The position numbers and the translations under genes are program-made. Positions 42,383-51,555 of a stretch of 64,000 bases of DNA are shown here, one piece after another. This stretch comes from Pseudomonadota bacterium (GTDB lineage Bacteria > Desulfobacterota > Binatia > Binatales > Binataceae), in the NCBI GenBank assembly GCA_021325355.1, contig JAJPHI010000006.1:2861-66860 (forward strand). The letters are read 5' to 3'. Below the pieces are notes generated by a model that searched no databases, had not been told where the DNA came from, and saw only the letters and a program-made list of their open reading frames with translations. Each line of letters opens with the position of its first letter. Position 1 is the first letter of the stretch.

Positions 42383-43162
42383 TCAGGCGTTGCGGATCAT
42401 CAGACCGCCATCGACCGGAATCGTGGCGCCCGTGATATACGACGCCGCCGGCAGACAGAGGCTGAAGGTGATGTGGGCAACCTCCTCGGGATAACCATAG
42501 CGCTTCAGCGCCGTGCGCCGTTTGGCGAAGATCTCCTTGTGCTGCTCGGGGATGGGATCGGTGAGCGCGGTGCGGATCGGTCCGGGGCAGATACAATTCA
42601 CGGTGATACCCTCCGGCCCCAGATCCACGGCGAGCGCCCGCGTCAGGCCGATAACGCCGGTCTTGGCGACCACGTAGGGGCTGTCGCCGGGTGTTGCCCC
42701 GAGGCCCTCGGTTGAAGCGATATTGACGATGCGCGCCGCGTCGGACTTGCGCAACCAGGGGAGCGCCGCCCGCACCATCAACTGCTGCGCGGTCAGCAAC
42801 CCGCCGAGCGCTTTCGCCCACACCTCGTCATAGCCGTCCGCATCGATCCGCCGAAAAGCGCCGAAGCCGGCGTTATTGATCAAAATATCGATACGTCCGA
42901 AGCGCGCGCCGATCTCACCGACCACCCGCGTGATCGCCGCGGCGTCCATGACGTTGAGCATCCAACCCACCGCCTCGCCGCCGGCCTGCTTGATCTCACT
43001 GACGACCTGTTCGACGCCGTTCTGATTGATATCCGTGACCGCAACCAACGCGCCCTCCTGGGCAAACAAGTGAGCCGTCGCCCGGCCCATCCCGCTCGCC
43101 GCGCCGGTGACGATCACTCCGCGTCCTTTTACTGATCGGTCAAGCTTGCGTACCGGTTCCAT
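42383..43162 (-). CDS. SDR family oxidoreductase
   Basis: 259 aa with TGAASGMGRA, NNAG and YxxxK (YVVAKTG). Confidence 0.88.
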   Translation of the reverse strand: MEPVRKLDRSVKGRGVIVTGAASGMGRATAHLFAQEGALVAVTDINQNGVEQVVSEIKQAGGEAVGWMLNVMDAAAITRVVGEIGARFGRIDILINNAGFGAFRRIDADGYDEVWAKALGGLLTAQQLMVRAALPWLRKSDAARIVNIASTEGLGATPGDSPYVVAKTGVIGLTRALAVDLGPEGITVNCICPGPIRTALTDPIPEQHKEIFAKRRTALKRYGYPEEVAHITFSLCLPAASYITGATIPVDGGLMIRNA

Positions 43163-43322
43163 CAGGGTTTCTCCCAGCCTTCACGAATTTGCCGTCTTGT
43201 CTTAGCAAGAGTCACCGGCGGCGGATAGCGAGCGCCGCGGCGTGGTTGCTGATCTTCCGGAATGCCTATCCCTGGGCGCTAAAGTATGGCAACTTGCGCT
43301 GAGTCACAGCCCGAGGTCGCTT

Positions 43323-44183
43323 ATGAGTTCGCATCCGCCGCGCTTTGGTATCCAGATCCCGCAACAGAACACGACGTGGGCCGAGATTCTGAGCCTCTGG
43401 CAGGAGGTCGATGAGCTGGGCTACGACACGGCCTGGACCTTTGATCACTTCCTGCCGATCTTCTCCGATCCGACTGGTCCCTGTCTCGACGGCTGGACCA
43501 CTCTCGCCGCGCTCGCGATGGCCTCGAAGAACGTGCGGATCGGCACGATGGTCACCGGTGCGACCTATCGGCATCCGGCGGTGCTGGCCAAGATGGCGAC
43601 GACGGTCGATATCGTGAGCGGCGGCCGGCTCATTTTTGGCATCGGCGCCGGATGGTTCGAGCTCGAGCATCAGGAGTACGGCATCCCGTTCCATACCGTC
43701 GGCCGACGCCTGCGGCGGCTCGACGAAACGCTCGAGATCGTCAGGCAATTATGGTCACAGGAGCGCTCAAACTTTACCGGCAAGCACTTCACGCTGACTG
43801 ACGCGAGCTTCAATCCCAAGCCCTTGCAGCAGCCACGTCCGCCGATTCTGGTGGGTGCGACGGGCGAGGAAGTCGCGCTTCGCATCGTCGCGAAACACGC
43901 CGACATGTGGAATTCGTTCGGCACGCCCGAGGTCTTCCGCACGAAAATCGCCCGCCTCGAAAGCCATTGTCGTGACCTTGGGCGCGACCCCGCAACGATC
44001 GAGAAGTCCGTCCTGGTGTCGCGGGCCAACAGTGACGGGCCCTTCGAGATCACGGAGGCGCGCCGCCAAATCGACGCCTTCCACGCCGTCGGCGTCACTC
44101 ACATCATCTTCTCGGTGCGCCCGATCGAGCGGGAGTGGGTGCGGCGGTTCGCCCGCGAGGTCATGCCGGCTTACCGCAGATGA
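43323..44183 (+). CDS. LLM-class (luciferase-like) flavin/F420-dependent oxidoreductase
   Basis: Track ORF 43242 trimmed to the ATG at 43323. It has FGIQIPQQNTTW..., DTAWTFDHF and TYRHPAVLAKMATTVD. The cofactor is not determinable from the sequence. Confidence 0.7.
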   Translation: MSSHPPRFGIQIPQQNTTWAEILSLWQEVDELGYDTAWTFDHFLPIFSDPTGPCLDGWTTLAALAMASKNVRIGTMVTGATYRHPAVLAKMATTVDIVSGGRLIFGIGAGWFELEHQEYGIPFHTVGRRLRRLDETLEIVRQLWSQERSNFTGKHFTLTDASFNPKPLQQPRPPILVGATGEEVALRIVAKHADMWNSFGTPEVFRTKIARLESHCRDLGRDPATIEKSVLVSRANSDGPFEITEARRQIDAFHAVGVTHIIFSVRPIEREWVRRFAREVMPAYRR

Positions 44184-44196
44184 GCAGCCGGCGGCG

Positions 44197-45336
44197 TCAC
44201 GTCCGCTCGGCAATAAGCTGATCCACCTCGGCCTTCAGGCGCGGCAGGACCTCGTCGTACTTGAAGTTGCCGAGCTTCTGCGACTTGCGCTTCAGATTGA
44301 CCGTCGTCGGCCCGCACCATACGCCGAGGTCGGCGTCGTCGGTCTCGCCCGGACCGTTCACCCGACAGCCCATCACGGCGATGGTGATCTTATGATTGGC
44401 CGCGTAGGCCGTAAGCTCTTTGACCTCCTGCGCCAGCTCGACGAATTTCTCGTTTTCGACGCGCGAGCAGGACGGGCATGAGATTATATTGAGGCCGGCG
44501 CCGAAGTTCGGCACGGAAATAAAGCGGCCGGCCCTCACGTCCTCGATAATGCGGTGGCCGACCACCACTTCCTCGTGCTTGCGCTCGTTGGGCAGGGTCA
44601 GTGAAACGCGGATCGTTTCGCCGATACCTTCGGCCAGCAGCTTCTCGAAAGCGAGCCGTGTCTTGATGATGCCGTCGGGCGGCAGCCCCGCTTCCGTCAC
44701 CCCCAGATGCAGCGGCACGTCGGGCCGGCGCGCGGCGAAGCGGCGGTTCGCCTCGAGCACCTTGAGCGGGTCAGAATCCTTCAGCGAGACGACGAAGCGA
44801 TCGAAACCGATCTCGTCCATCAGGTCGCAGTGATAGGCCGCCGATTCGACCAGGGCCGCCAGTTGATCGCCGGGATACTTCGCCAGAAACTCCGGCGCCA
44901 CCGATCCGCAGTTGACGCCAATCCGGATTGCCAGATTGTGATCGCGGGCCACCGCCGCCAGCCAGCGCACCTTGTCGACGATGGTCTTCGACTTCTCGAT
45001 ATGATGCAGATGGCCGGGGTTGTAGCGAATCTTATCGACGTAAGGCGCGACTTTATCGGCGATCTTGTAGTTCTCCTGTAAATCAACGGAGAGCGTTATC
45101 CCCGGCGTCTGCTCGCGAATGGCCTTGAGCGCGGCCACTTCCTTTTCGCTGTCGAGCGCGATCCGCACAATTCCCGCCCCGGCCTCTGCCAATTGATGGG
45201 TTTGCGCCACGGTCGCATCGATATCGATCGTGCGCGTTGCGCACATCGATTGCACCACGATGGGGGAATCACCGCCGACCGTAATCGCACCAATCGGAAC
45301 GGTTCGCGTCTGACGCCGTGCCGTAGTCACCGTCAT
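44197..45336 (-). CDS. ispG: 4-hydroxy-3-methylbut-2-en-1-yl diphosphate synthase (flavodoxin)
   Basis: Track ORF trimmed to [31 protein letters not shown]. It has SCPSCSR and [10 protein letters not shown] Fe-S ligand motifs. Confidence 0.92.
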   Translation of the reverse strand: MTVTTARRQTRTVPIGAITVGGDSPIVVQSMCATRTIDIDATVAQTHQLAEAGAGIVRIALDSEKEVAALKAIREQTPGITLSVDLQENYKIADKVAPYVDKIRYNPGHLHHIEKSKTIVDKVRWLAAVARDHNLAIRIGVNCGSVAPEFLAKYPGDQLAALVESAAYHCDLMDEIGFDRFVVSLKDSDPLKVLEANRRFAARRPDVPLHLGVTEAGLPPDGIIKTRLAFEKLLAEGIGETIRVSLTLPNERKHEEVVVGHRIIEDVRAGRFISVPNFGAGLNIISCPSCSRVENEKFVELAQEVKELTAYAANHKITIAVMGCRVNGPGETDDADLGVWCGPTTVNLKRKSQKLGNFKYDEVLPRLKAEVDQLIAERT

Positions 45337-45973
45337 CTTTGCGCCTTTGGACCTTGTCCAACCTTTCTCGATAATTTTCCGTGAGCGGCTAGAGCCTTCT
45401 TCAATTTGCAGATCCGCGACGACGTTGTGTCGGCGCAACAGCGAATAAAATCGCGCGACGCGTCGTCAGAATCGCACACTGGGGGAGCTTGGGACATCAC
45501 CGACCACTTCAGGAGAATTCTAGCCGAATTTCTGTGCGATTGCCCCCACATTGAAGCCGGTCACCAGACCGCGCTGCAACCGCCAGATCGTCAACCCATC
45601 ATGTTTCGATTTGCTCCGAATCTTCGCCATGTTTCGAAATGCATCAGAAACGTAGCAGAAAATGATAAGCGAAGTTTGCATCGCATTCTTGAAACGAATG
45701 CCCAACAGGAAAAGATCCAGCAAAATTAAACGTCTGATTGTCGTAATTCTTTCGGCATAGTTCTAGCGTAAATCAATCCTTCGAGTGGACCAGGCAGCAA
45801 TGAGGCGTCGGATGATCTTCGTGGCGGCCAAACAATCGGCTGCGCACACCGATGGTCTTATGAAGCCGAGTAGTTGCATTTGGGAGTTATTGAATTACTA
45901 AAGCAGTCAACGCGTCAGAGCTAGGCCGCCTTTAGTGCGATTCGGAACGGCAACCGAGGAGGGAGCGGAAGCC

Positions 45974-46426
45974 ATGCAAGCAACAGTTAACAGCTTCGAG
46001 TCGGATCTTGGTCTAACTGATATTATTTTGCCATCGCAATATTTTGGCGCGATGGGCTCCGGCGGCCTATGCAGTGAGCAGCGTCTGATGCTCGCGGTGA
46101 TGGTTGACGCGATTAATATCTTGCAGAGCTGGCAGCGGATGGGCAGCGCGCGCAAACGTCGGGCCTTTGCCGAAGCGGCCCAGTGGGTGAACCAGCGCGG
46201 CGCCAGCTACCCCTTTTCATTCGACAGCATCTGCGATGCCTTGAATATCGATAGTGACGTACTGCGACGGCGGCTCAGCGCGCTCACGCTCGGCCATACG
46301 GGCGCTGCCGCACGGCTCAAGGTGGGGCGGCTGCGTCTGAAGGAATCGAGCCGGGCGCAACACATGACCGCCAACCGCGTGCGCCGGCGGGCGCGACCGG
46401 CTCGCCTGGCCCTGACTTCCGCTTAG
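45974..46426 (+). CDS. hypothetical protein with an Arg-rich C-terminus (no family recognised)
   Basis: Track ORF 45935 trimmed to the ATG at 45974, preceded by GAGGAGGGAG. It is 150 aa with high-GC codon usage, unlike the upstream AT-rich spacer. Confidence 0.6.
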   Translation: MQATVNSFESDLGLTDIILPSQYFGAMGSGGLCSEQRLMLAVMVDAINILQSWQRMGSARKRRAFAEAAQWVNQRGASYPFSFDSICDALNIDSDVLRRRLSALTLGHTGAAARLKVGRLRLKESSRAQHMTANRVRRRARPARLALTSA

Positions 46427-46434
46427 CCCGCGTC

Positions 46435-46983
46435 TCAGAGCAGCGAACCCCTGAAGGGTTCGTCACGCGACGGTGGGAATTGGAGCAGGTTGACCGCCCA
46501 TCGTCGCGCCTGCTTGAGCGCCTCCTCGGCGCGCCCGAACAGACGCTCGCGATGCATCGTGCCCCAGACGTAAACGTCCACTGAAGGCTCGTCGGTCAGG
46601 GTGACGTCGATCATCCAATCTTCCAACTGCGGTCCGCAGATAAGCAGGCGCAGCAGCCGGCCGTGATCGAGCACGATGCCGCGCGCCTCACGCGGCAGGC
46701 GGAATTCCTGCTGGATCCGTTTGACCATCCGCGCCGGATACTGCTTCTCGGTCATCGGCACGTAGACCCACTGCCCGGGCTCGGGGTTGGCCGCGCGCGC
46801 GATCCGCAGGTTGTTATCGGTCAGATCGTCCTTGGCGCGCTCCTGATCATAATCCTTGGCGACGGTATAAAAACTCATCGCGACCGGAAGCTGCGGAAGT
46901 TCAGCCTCCGCCTTGCGCTGGCGTGGCAGCTTGGTGCTGGTCTCGACCCACCAGCGATTTTCGACGTTGGGATTCTGCGCCAT
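46435..46983 (-). CDS. hypothetical protein (no family recognised), translationally coupled to the upstream HExxH gene
   Basis: The ATG at 46981-46983 lies 2 nt after the TAG (46986-46988) of the upstream gene; the track used TTG at 46995. It is 182 aa. Confidence 0.6.
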   Translation of the reverse strand: MAQNPNVENRWWVETSTKLPRQRKAEAELPQLPVAMSFYTVAKDYDQERAKDDLTDNNLRIARAANPEPGQWVYVPMTEKQYPARMVKRIQQEFRLPREARGIVLDHGRLLRLLICGPQLEDWMIDVTLTDEPSVDVYVWGTMHRERLFGRAEEALKQARRWAVNLLQFPPSRDEPFRGSLL

Positions 46984-46985
46984 TC

Positions 46986-47600
46986 CTAACGGCAATTACG
47001 CGCGCGGATCACGCTACGTCCAGCGCTGCCCCGGCCGCGTCCACTCGACGCCTCGGCGCGCTTGGCGAGCCGCTTGCCGCGACCATCCACGCGCCGCGCG
47101 AGGCGCTCGGCGGCGGATCCGAGACGCTTCAAAGCGGCGCGCCGGCGCATCGGGCGCTGGCGCAGTCCCCGGACCATCCGCGACGTAAAGGCCTCGGCTT
47201 TGCGCTCGGCGTCGGCCCAGAAAAGATAGTGGGCCAGTTCGTGATAGACCGTCTGAACCCACATCCGCTCGCTCTTGTAGACGCGCCCCCGCCGCCAGTT
47301 TTCGGGATGCACCAGATGGATCCGACCGTCCTCGAAGGTCTTGCCCGCGACGCGACCCCAATCGATATATTCGTACCATTCGATACGCGGCGGTTTAAGT
47401 TCGTAATAGGCGCAAAAGTCTGATATAGCTCGCCTAAAAGCAGCCGGCCGATGACTGTAGAAAAACTCGACCAGCCGACGATCCATCTCGCGGCGACGGC
47501 GAACGGGCGGCACCAGCATGCGCACGAAAGGGGAACCTCCGAGCCAGAGGATTGGAATCATAGAAAGGCGCCGCAGCACAGTCAATCGAGGCCGTGCCAT
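46986..47600 (-). CDS. putative zinc metallopeptidase (HExxH; SprT/DUF45-like) with an Arg-rich C-terminal tail
   Basis: 204 aa maximum. It has VYHELAHYLFW and the basic tail RQRPMRRRAALKRL...RGRGSAGRS. The start is uncertain (47600, 47561, 47519 or 47486). Confidence 0.55.
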   Translation of the reverse strand: MARPRLTVLRRLSMIPILWLGGSPFVRMLVPPVRRRREMDRRLVEFFYSHRPAAFRRAISDFCAYYELKPPRIEWYEYIDWGRVAGKTFEDGRIHLVHPENWRRGRVYKSERMWVQTVYHELAHYLFWADAERKAEAFTSRMVRGLRQRPMRRRAALKRLGSAAERLARRVDGRGKRLAKRAEASSGRGRGSAGRSVIRARNCR

Positions 47601-47667
47601 CGGACGCCAATTGAGGCGATACTTTAACTTTTTGTGCTTTGCTACCTCGCTGATCTATGATCGAACC

Positions 47668-48351
47668 GTGAAACGGGCGACCTTGCTCATACGCGGGGCG
47701 CCGCAGGCGGCGCTGGTCGTCACCCTGATGTTCGCCCTGCTCTTTCTGACCGCGGGATCCATTCATTTCTGGCAGGGATGGGTTTTTCTCGCGATCTTCA
47801 CTCTTTGTACGCTGGCTATCAGCGCGGATTTGCTGATCCGCGACCCGGCTTTATTCGAGCGGCGGATGCGCGGCGGACCGCTGTCGGAGTCGCGCCCGAT
47901 CCAGCGTATCATTCAGGCGGTCGCGGCCGTCGTCTGGTTCGGGATTATCGCGCTGGCCGGCTTCGACCATCGCTACGGATGGTCGCGGTTGCCGGCCGTG
48001 GTCGTCATCACCGCCGACGCGATCTTTGTCGCCGCCTTCCTTGGGATCGCTCTGGTGCTGCGGGCGAACAGCTTTGCCGGCGCAACTATCGGTATCGCGA
48101 GCGATCAGCGGCTGGTCAGCACCGGACCTTACGCCTGGGTACGCCATCCGATGTACACCGGGGCGATCTTGATGATAGCCGCGATGGGATTCGCGCTGGG
48201 CTCCGCCTGGGCGGCGCTGCTCACCGTGCCGCTCGCCGGCGTCGTCGTCGTCCGGATTCGCGACGAGGAGGAGCTGCTGACGGCGGAACTTCGCGGCTAT
48301 GCTGGCTATCGGGCGGCGGTCAAATGGCGGCTCGTTCCTGGAATCTGGTAG
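47668..48351 (+). CDS. isoprenylcysteine carboxyl methyltransferase (ICMT)/phospholipid methyltransferase family membrane protein
   Basis: Track ORF 47518 overlaps the divergent gene, so the GTG at 47668 is preferred. It has multiple TM segments and GPYAWVRHPMYTGAILM. Confidence 0.75.
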   Translation: MKRATLLIRGAPQAALVVTLMFALLFLTAGSIHFWQGWVFLAIFTLCTLAISADLLIRDPALFERRMRGGPLSESRPIQRIIQAVAAVVWFGIIALAGFDHRYGWSRLPAVVVITADAIFVAAFLGIALVLRANSFAGATIGIASDQRLVSTGPYAWVRHPMYTGAILMIAAMGFALGSAWAALLTVPLAGVVVVRIRDEEELLTAELRGYAGYRAAVKWRLVPGIW

Positions 48352-48357
48352 GGCGAG

Positions 48358-48768
48358 TCATGCCGGGAACTGCACCGTGGCGGTGCCAATCACCAGGCGT
48401 TCGGCCTCGTCGCTCTCAATCCAGATATCCATCTCGACTGAACGATCGGCATCGTTTTTGTGCGTCACGAAGCCGTTGAGTGCGATGGTATGATCGGGCA
48501 GAACCGGTTGGCGATAGGTGACGCCCAACCGGGTCATCCGCGCGCCGCTTTCGCCGATCCAGTCGGTCACCAGTTTGCCGAGGATCGCGAGGCTCATGTT
48601 GCCCGGCGTGATCATCCCGGGCAGCCCTTCCTTGCGCGCCAGTTCATCGTCGGTGAAGCGCGGGGCCAACATCCCCATAGCCTTGGCGTAGGTGCGGACC
48701 TGATCTTTGCTGAGATACATCTCGGACGGCCCGAGCGCATCACCGATGTTCACGTCTTCGTAGCGCAT
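48358..48768 (-). CDS. MaoC-like hotdog-fold protein (no hydratase motif seen)
   Basis: 136 aa of hotdog-fold length and pattern. No GDxNPxH motif was seen. Confidence 0.65.
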   Translation of the reverse strand: MRYEDVNIGDALGPSEMYLSKDQVRTYAKAMGMLAPRFTDDELARKEGLPGMITPGNMSLAILGKLVTDWIGESGARMTRLGVTYRQPVLPDHTIALNGFVTHKNDADRSVEMDIWIESDEAERLVIGTATVQFPA

Positions 48769-48865
48769 CAGCTTCTCGTATTCGTTGGATATCGATTAAT
48801 CAAGCGCGATACTCAGCGGCGCCGCGCCGGTTCCGGCGGTTGCTCGCGTCGGAGGAGATGGCCGC

Positions 48866-49297
48866 TCAAGGTCGGTTCATGAAGCGATGGTCGACGTGGG
48901 CGACGACTTGCCCATTCTGATTGGTCAGGGTTGAACGGATAACCACGAAGACCATCGAACCGCTGCGGCCGGTCTTTTCGTAGATTTCCTTGACATGCGA
49001 CTTGAGCGTGATCGCGTCGCCCGGACGAATCGGGGCGACGAACTCGACGTCCTTGCCCGCGTCGAAGCCGGCTTTGCCGAAACGGGGCACATGCTCGAAG
49101 AAATGCCGACCGTTACGAAAGGTGACGGCAAAAGAGGGCGGCGCGACCATTCCCCCATCCGCCTCGGGATCGTTATGGCGTGGATTGGTATCGCCGATCG
49201 TCTGATTGAATTTGCGGATATCCTCGGCCTGCACCACCACCGGGTCGGTGGTTTCGAAAACCCGTCCGATTATCGCCGGATCGTAATTGACCGCCAT
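48866..49297 (-). CDS. MaoC-like (R)-hydratase/dehydratase hotdog-fold protein
   Basis: 143 aa containing the IGDTNPRH hydratase-2-like motif. Confidence 0.7.
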   Translation of the reverse strand: MAVNYDPAIIGRVFETTDPVVVQAEDIRKFNQTIGDTNPRHNDPEADGGMVAPPSFAVTFRNGRHFFEHVPRFGKAGFDAGKDVEFVAPIRPGDAITLKSHVKEIYEKTGRSGSMVFVVIRSTLTNQNGQVVAHVDHRFMNRP

Positions 49298-49336
49298 CGT
49301 CTGTAACCTCTTCGTGTGTGTGCGGGAAGCGACAGC

Positions 49337-50020
49337 CTATTTTGACTGAACCGCGACGGCGTGGGGGACAGGCTTGCGCCGCGGGCGGAAATCAACCGGC
49401 TCGTACACGCCATTTTTGAGTTCCCGCACCAGGTCCTCCATCGAACGCACGTCGGCGTCGAAACGGGTCGCGCAAAGGCCGATCAGACTGACCAGATGGC
49501 TGTCGGAACCGCCAATCGCGCCGTAGCCATAGCGCGCGACCAGTTCCTCACTGCGTTCGTCCTCGCCCTTGCGGGAGCCCCCATTCAGCACTTCCACCGC
49601 GACCACATTTTCGAGCGGGGGCTTGGTCGCGTAATGCTCGCAGAGACCGACGTTGGGCCGGCCGGGATGACAGGGGATCGCAACGCCGCCCATCCGCGCC
49701 ACTTCATCGATAAGTTCCTGCGCGCGCAGGCGCACATTGGCAAAGTCGAAGCGGCGGGTCATCTCGTCAGTGACGCCGAACACCAGGATATGGCCGTAAT
49801 CGGTCTCGACTTCGGAGGCCTTCAGCACCATCACGCCGAATTTGTCCTCGAGCGCGCGATAATCGGCGTCGCGGTTGAACTGCCGATGCTCGGTCAGGAC
49901 GATGCCGTCAACCGGCCGTTCGGCGCGGCGCAGCTTCAACCAGTTGAGATAGGCTTCGAGCGGCGCCCGACTATCTTCGGAAGCCTCACTATGGCTGTGC
50001 AGATCAAGAACGGTGCTCAA
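49337..50020 (-). CDS. PHP-domain metal-dependent phosphoesterase
   Basis: 227 aa with a TTG start and LDLHSHSEASEDS (PHP motif I); further His/Asp motifs include GGSDSH. Confidence 0.75.
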   Translation of the reverse strand: MSTVLDLHSHSEASEDSRAPLEAYLNWLKLRRAERPVDGIVLTEHRQFNRDADYRALEDKFGVMVLKASEVETDYGHILVFGVTDEMTRRFDFANVRLRAQELIDEVARMGGVAIPCHPGRPNVGLCEHYATKPPLENVVAVEVLNGGSRKGEDERSEELVARYGYGAIGGSDSHLVSLIGLCATRFDADVRSMEDLVRELKNGVYEPVDFRPRRKPVPHAVAVQSK

Positions 50021-50253
50021 GCGGAACCTTCTCGCCGGGCGGTGATTGGAAAGAGACGCTCGAGCAGTCAGCGCTCTTTCGGCCTCGACGGACAGCCTTC
50101 ATTCTAGCCGAATCCGCGCGAGTGTCGAGGATACCGGACCGCCCGGTGGGGATATCGCGCTTCGGCCGGACCATAATGCGACGCATGGCCAAGTTTGCCC
50201 TGAGGCAGGTAATCGCGAGACGTCGCCCGGACCTCAATTGCCCGCAGCAATCC

Positions 50254-51093
50254 TCAGAGGGACCTTCGCGGCCGCACCTGCGGAAAGCGCGGATGTCGGA
50301 ACGGCTGGCCCTCGCGCAGTCCGAGTCGAATGTCCGCCAGGCGGCTCTCGGCCTCACCGTCCGGCGCGCCGAGATTACCTGGCCGCGACGCGAATACGGC
50401 GTCGTCGCCGAAAAAGCGCAGTGACAAGGTGCGGCGGCGCCGGCCGGCATGCGTCGGCGCACCGCCATGGAGCATCCGCGGATGGAAAACGATAACGTCG
50501 CCGGGCTCGGTCGCCCACGAAATGATTTCATAGTGCGTGCGCTGGCGCTCGATATCCGGCAGGCGCGGCAGAGTGCCGTACAACGGCGCCGTATCGTCAT
50601 TCGGATCAAAGCGCGATCCGTCATAGAGCGATCCGCGATGCGATCCGCGGATAAACTCGAGTGAATCGGCGCGCGCGAGCGGCTCGAACGAGATCCACAT
50701 CACGGCCAGACGCGCGCCCTCAATCGGCAGATAACTCGAGTCCTGATGCCACGGAGTCCGGCGGCTCTCCCCACCTTCCTTGAGGAAGACCTGCTCGTAG
50801 AAGAACCAGACCTCGGGTGCGTTCCAGAGTTCGGCGATCAGGTCCGGCGCCGACGACGCCTGCAGCATCGGTTCATACACTTCGCAGGCGCGCGGATTGA
50901 GGAGATCCTGGTAAAAGCGCGAGGGCGCCGCGGCGGTTCCGGGGAATTCGGACGCGTAGGGTCCCGGATTCTCGAGACTCCAGTTGAAGGCCTCTTCCGC
51001 CATCCGCAGCGAAGCCGGATCGAGCGCGTTGCGCACGCAGATGACGCCGTCTTCGACGAACTGTCGGCGCCACTGCACGATTTCGTTGCTCAT
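50254..51093 (-). CDS. phytanoyl-CoA dioxygenase (PhyH) family Fe(II)/2-oxoglutarate oxygenase
   Basis: 279 aa with WHQDSSY (HxD) and a distal FHPRMLHGG. Confidence 0.8.
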   Translation of the reverse strand: MSNEIVQWRRQFVEDGVICVRNALDPASLRMAEEAFNWSLENPGPYASEFPGTAAAPSRFYQDLLNPRACEVYEPMLQASSAPDLIAELWNAPEVWFFYEQVFLKEGGESRRTPWHQDSSYLPIEGARLAVMWISFEPLARADSLEFIRGSHRGSLYDGSRFDPNDDTAPLYGTLPRLPDIERQRTHYEIISWATEPGDVIVFHPRMLHGGAPTHAGRRRRTLSLRFFGDDAVFASRPGNLGAPDGEAESRLADIRLGLREGQPFRHPRFPQVRPRRSL

Positions 51094-51117
51094 TCGCGTT
51101 GCGCAGGGTTTTGCCGA

Positions 51118-51546
51118 TCAGGCCGCGGGACGAAACTTGACCAGCGTCACATCCGGGGTCACGTCCTCGAAGACCGCTTCGACCGGCAGGTCGATGCGCA
51201 CCTGGGAAGGCTGACAGTCGATGATATTCGACATCAATTTGAGGCCTTCCTCGAGTTCAACCCAGGCGAGCACGTACGGCAGGGAATCGCGAAAGCCCGC
51301 GGTGGCGTTCTGATTGGTCACGGTAAACGTATAGATTTTGCCGCGCCCGCTGCATCGCACCCATTCGGTGTTGGACGAGAGACAACTCGGGCAGAGCGCC
51401 CGCGGATGAAACCGCAGGTCGCCGCAGTCACGGCATTTCTGGATATAGAGCTCGTGGCGCTGCGCGGCCTCCCACCACGGCCGCATTTCCTCATCGATAT
51501 GGGGCAGCGGTTTGGCGTATCGCTTCTTGTCCTTTTCCTCAGGCAT
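51118..51546 (-). CDS. DUF35 Zn-ribbon/OB-fold protein (thiolase partner)
   Basis: 142 aa with a CRDCGDLRFHPRALCPSC zinc ribbon followed by an OB fold. Confidence 0.85.
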   Translation of the reverse strand: MPEEKDKKRYAKPLPHIDEEMRPWWEAAQRHELYIQKCRDCGDLRFHPRALCPSCLSSNTEWVRCSGRGKIYTFTVTNQNATAGFRDSLPYVLAWVELEEGLKLMSNIIDCQPSQVRIDLPVEAVFEDVTPDVTLVKFRPAA

Positions 51547-51555
51547 CGTCCTCGC

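Noticed and set aside
45518-45530. 13-mer ATTCTAGCCGAAT shared with 50100-50112
   Set aside because: Exact 13-mer coincidences are expected by chance many times in a 64-kb two-strand comparison, and the flanks do not extend the match.
45520-45723. 67-aa minus-strand ORF and the overlapping 107-aa plus-strand ORF (45406..45729) in the AT-rich spacer
   Set aside because: Neither has an RBS or recognisable motifs, their composition is atypical for coding regions of this genome, and they overlap each other. They are treated as non-coding, although a decayed gene fragment cannot be excluded.
50021-50253. 233-bp gap between the PhyH and PHP genes, with overlapping track ORFs 50004..50624 (-) and 50046..50495 (+)
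   Set aside because: The ORFs overlap the real PhyH CDS in other frames and have Arg/Ser-rich translations, so there is no support for a gene. The gap is probably an internal promoter or spacer.
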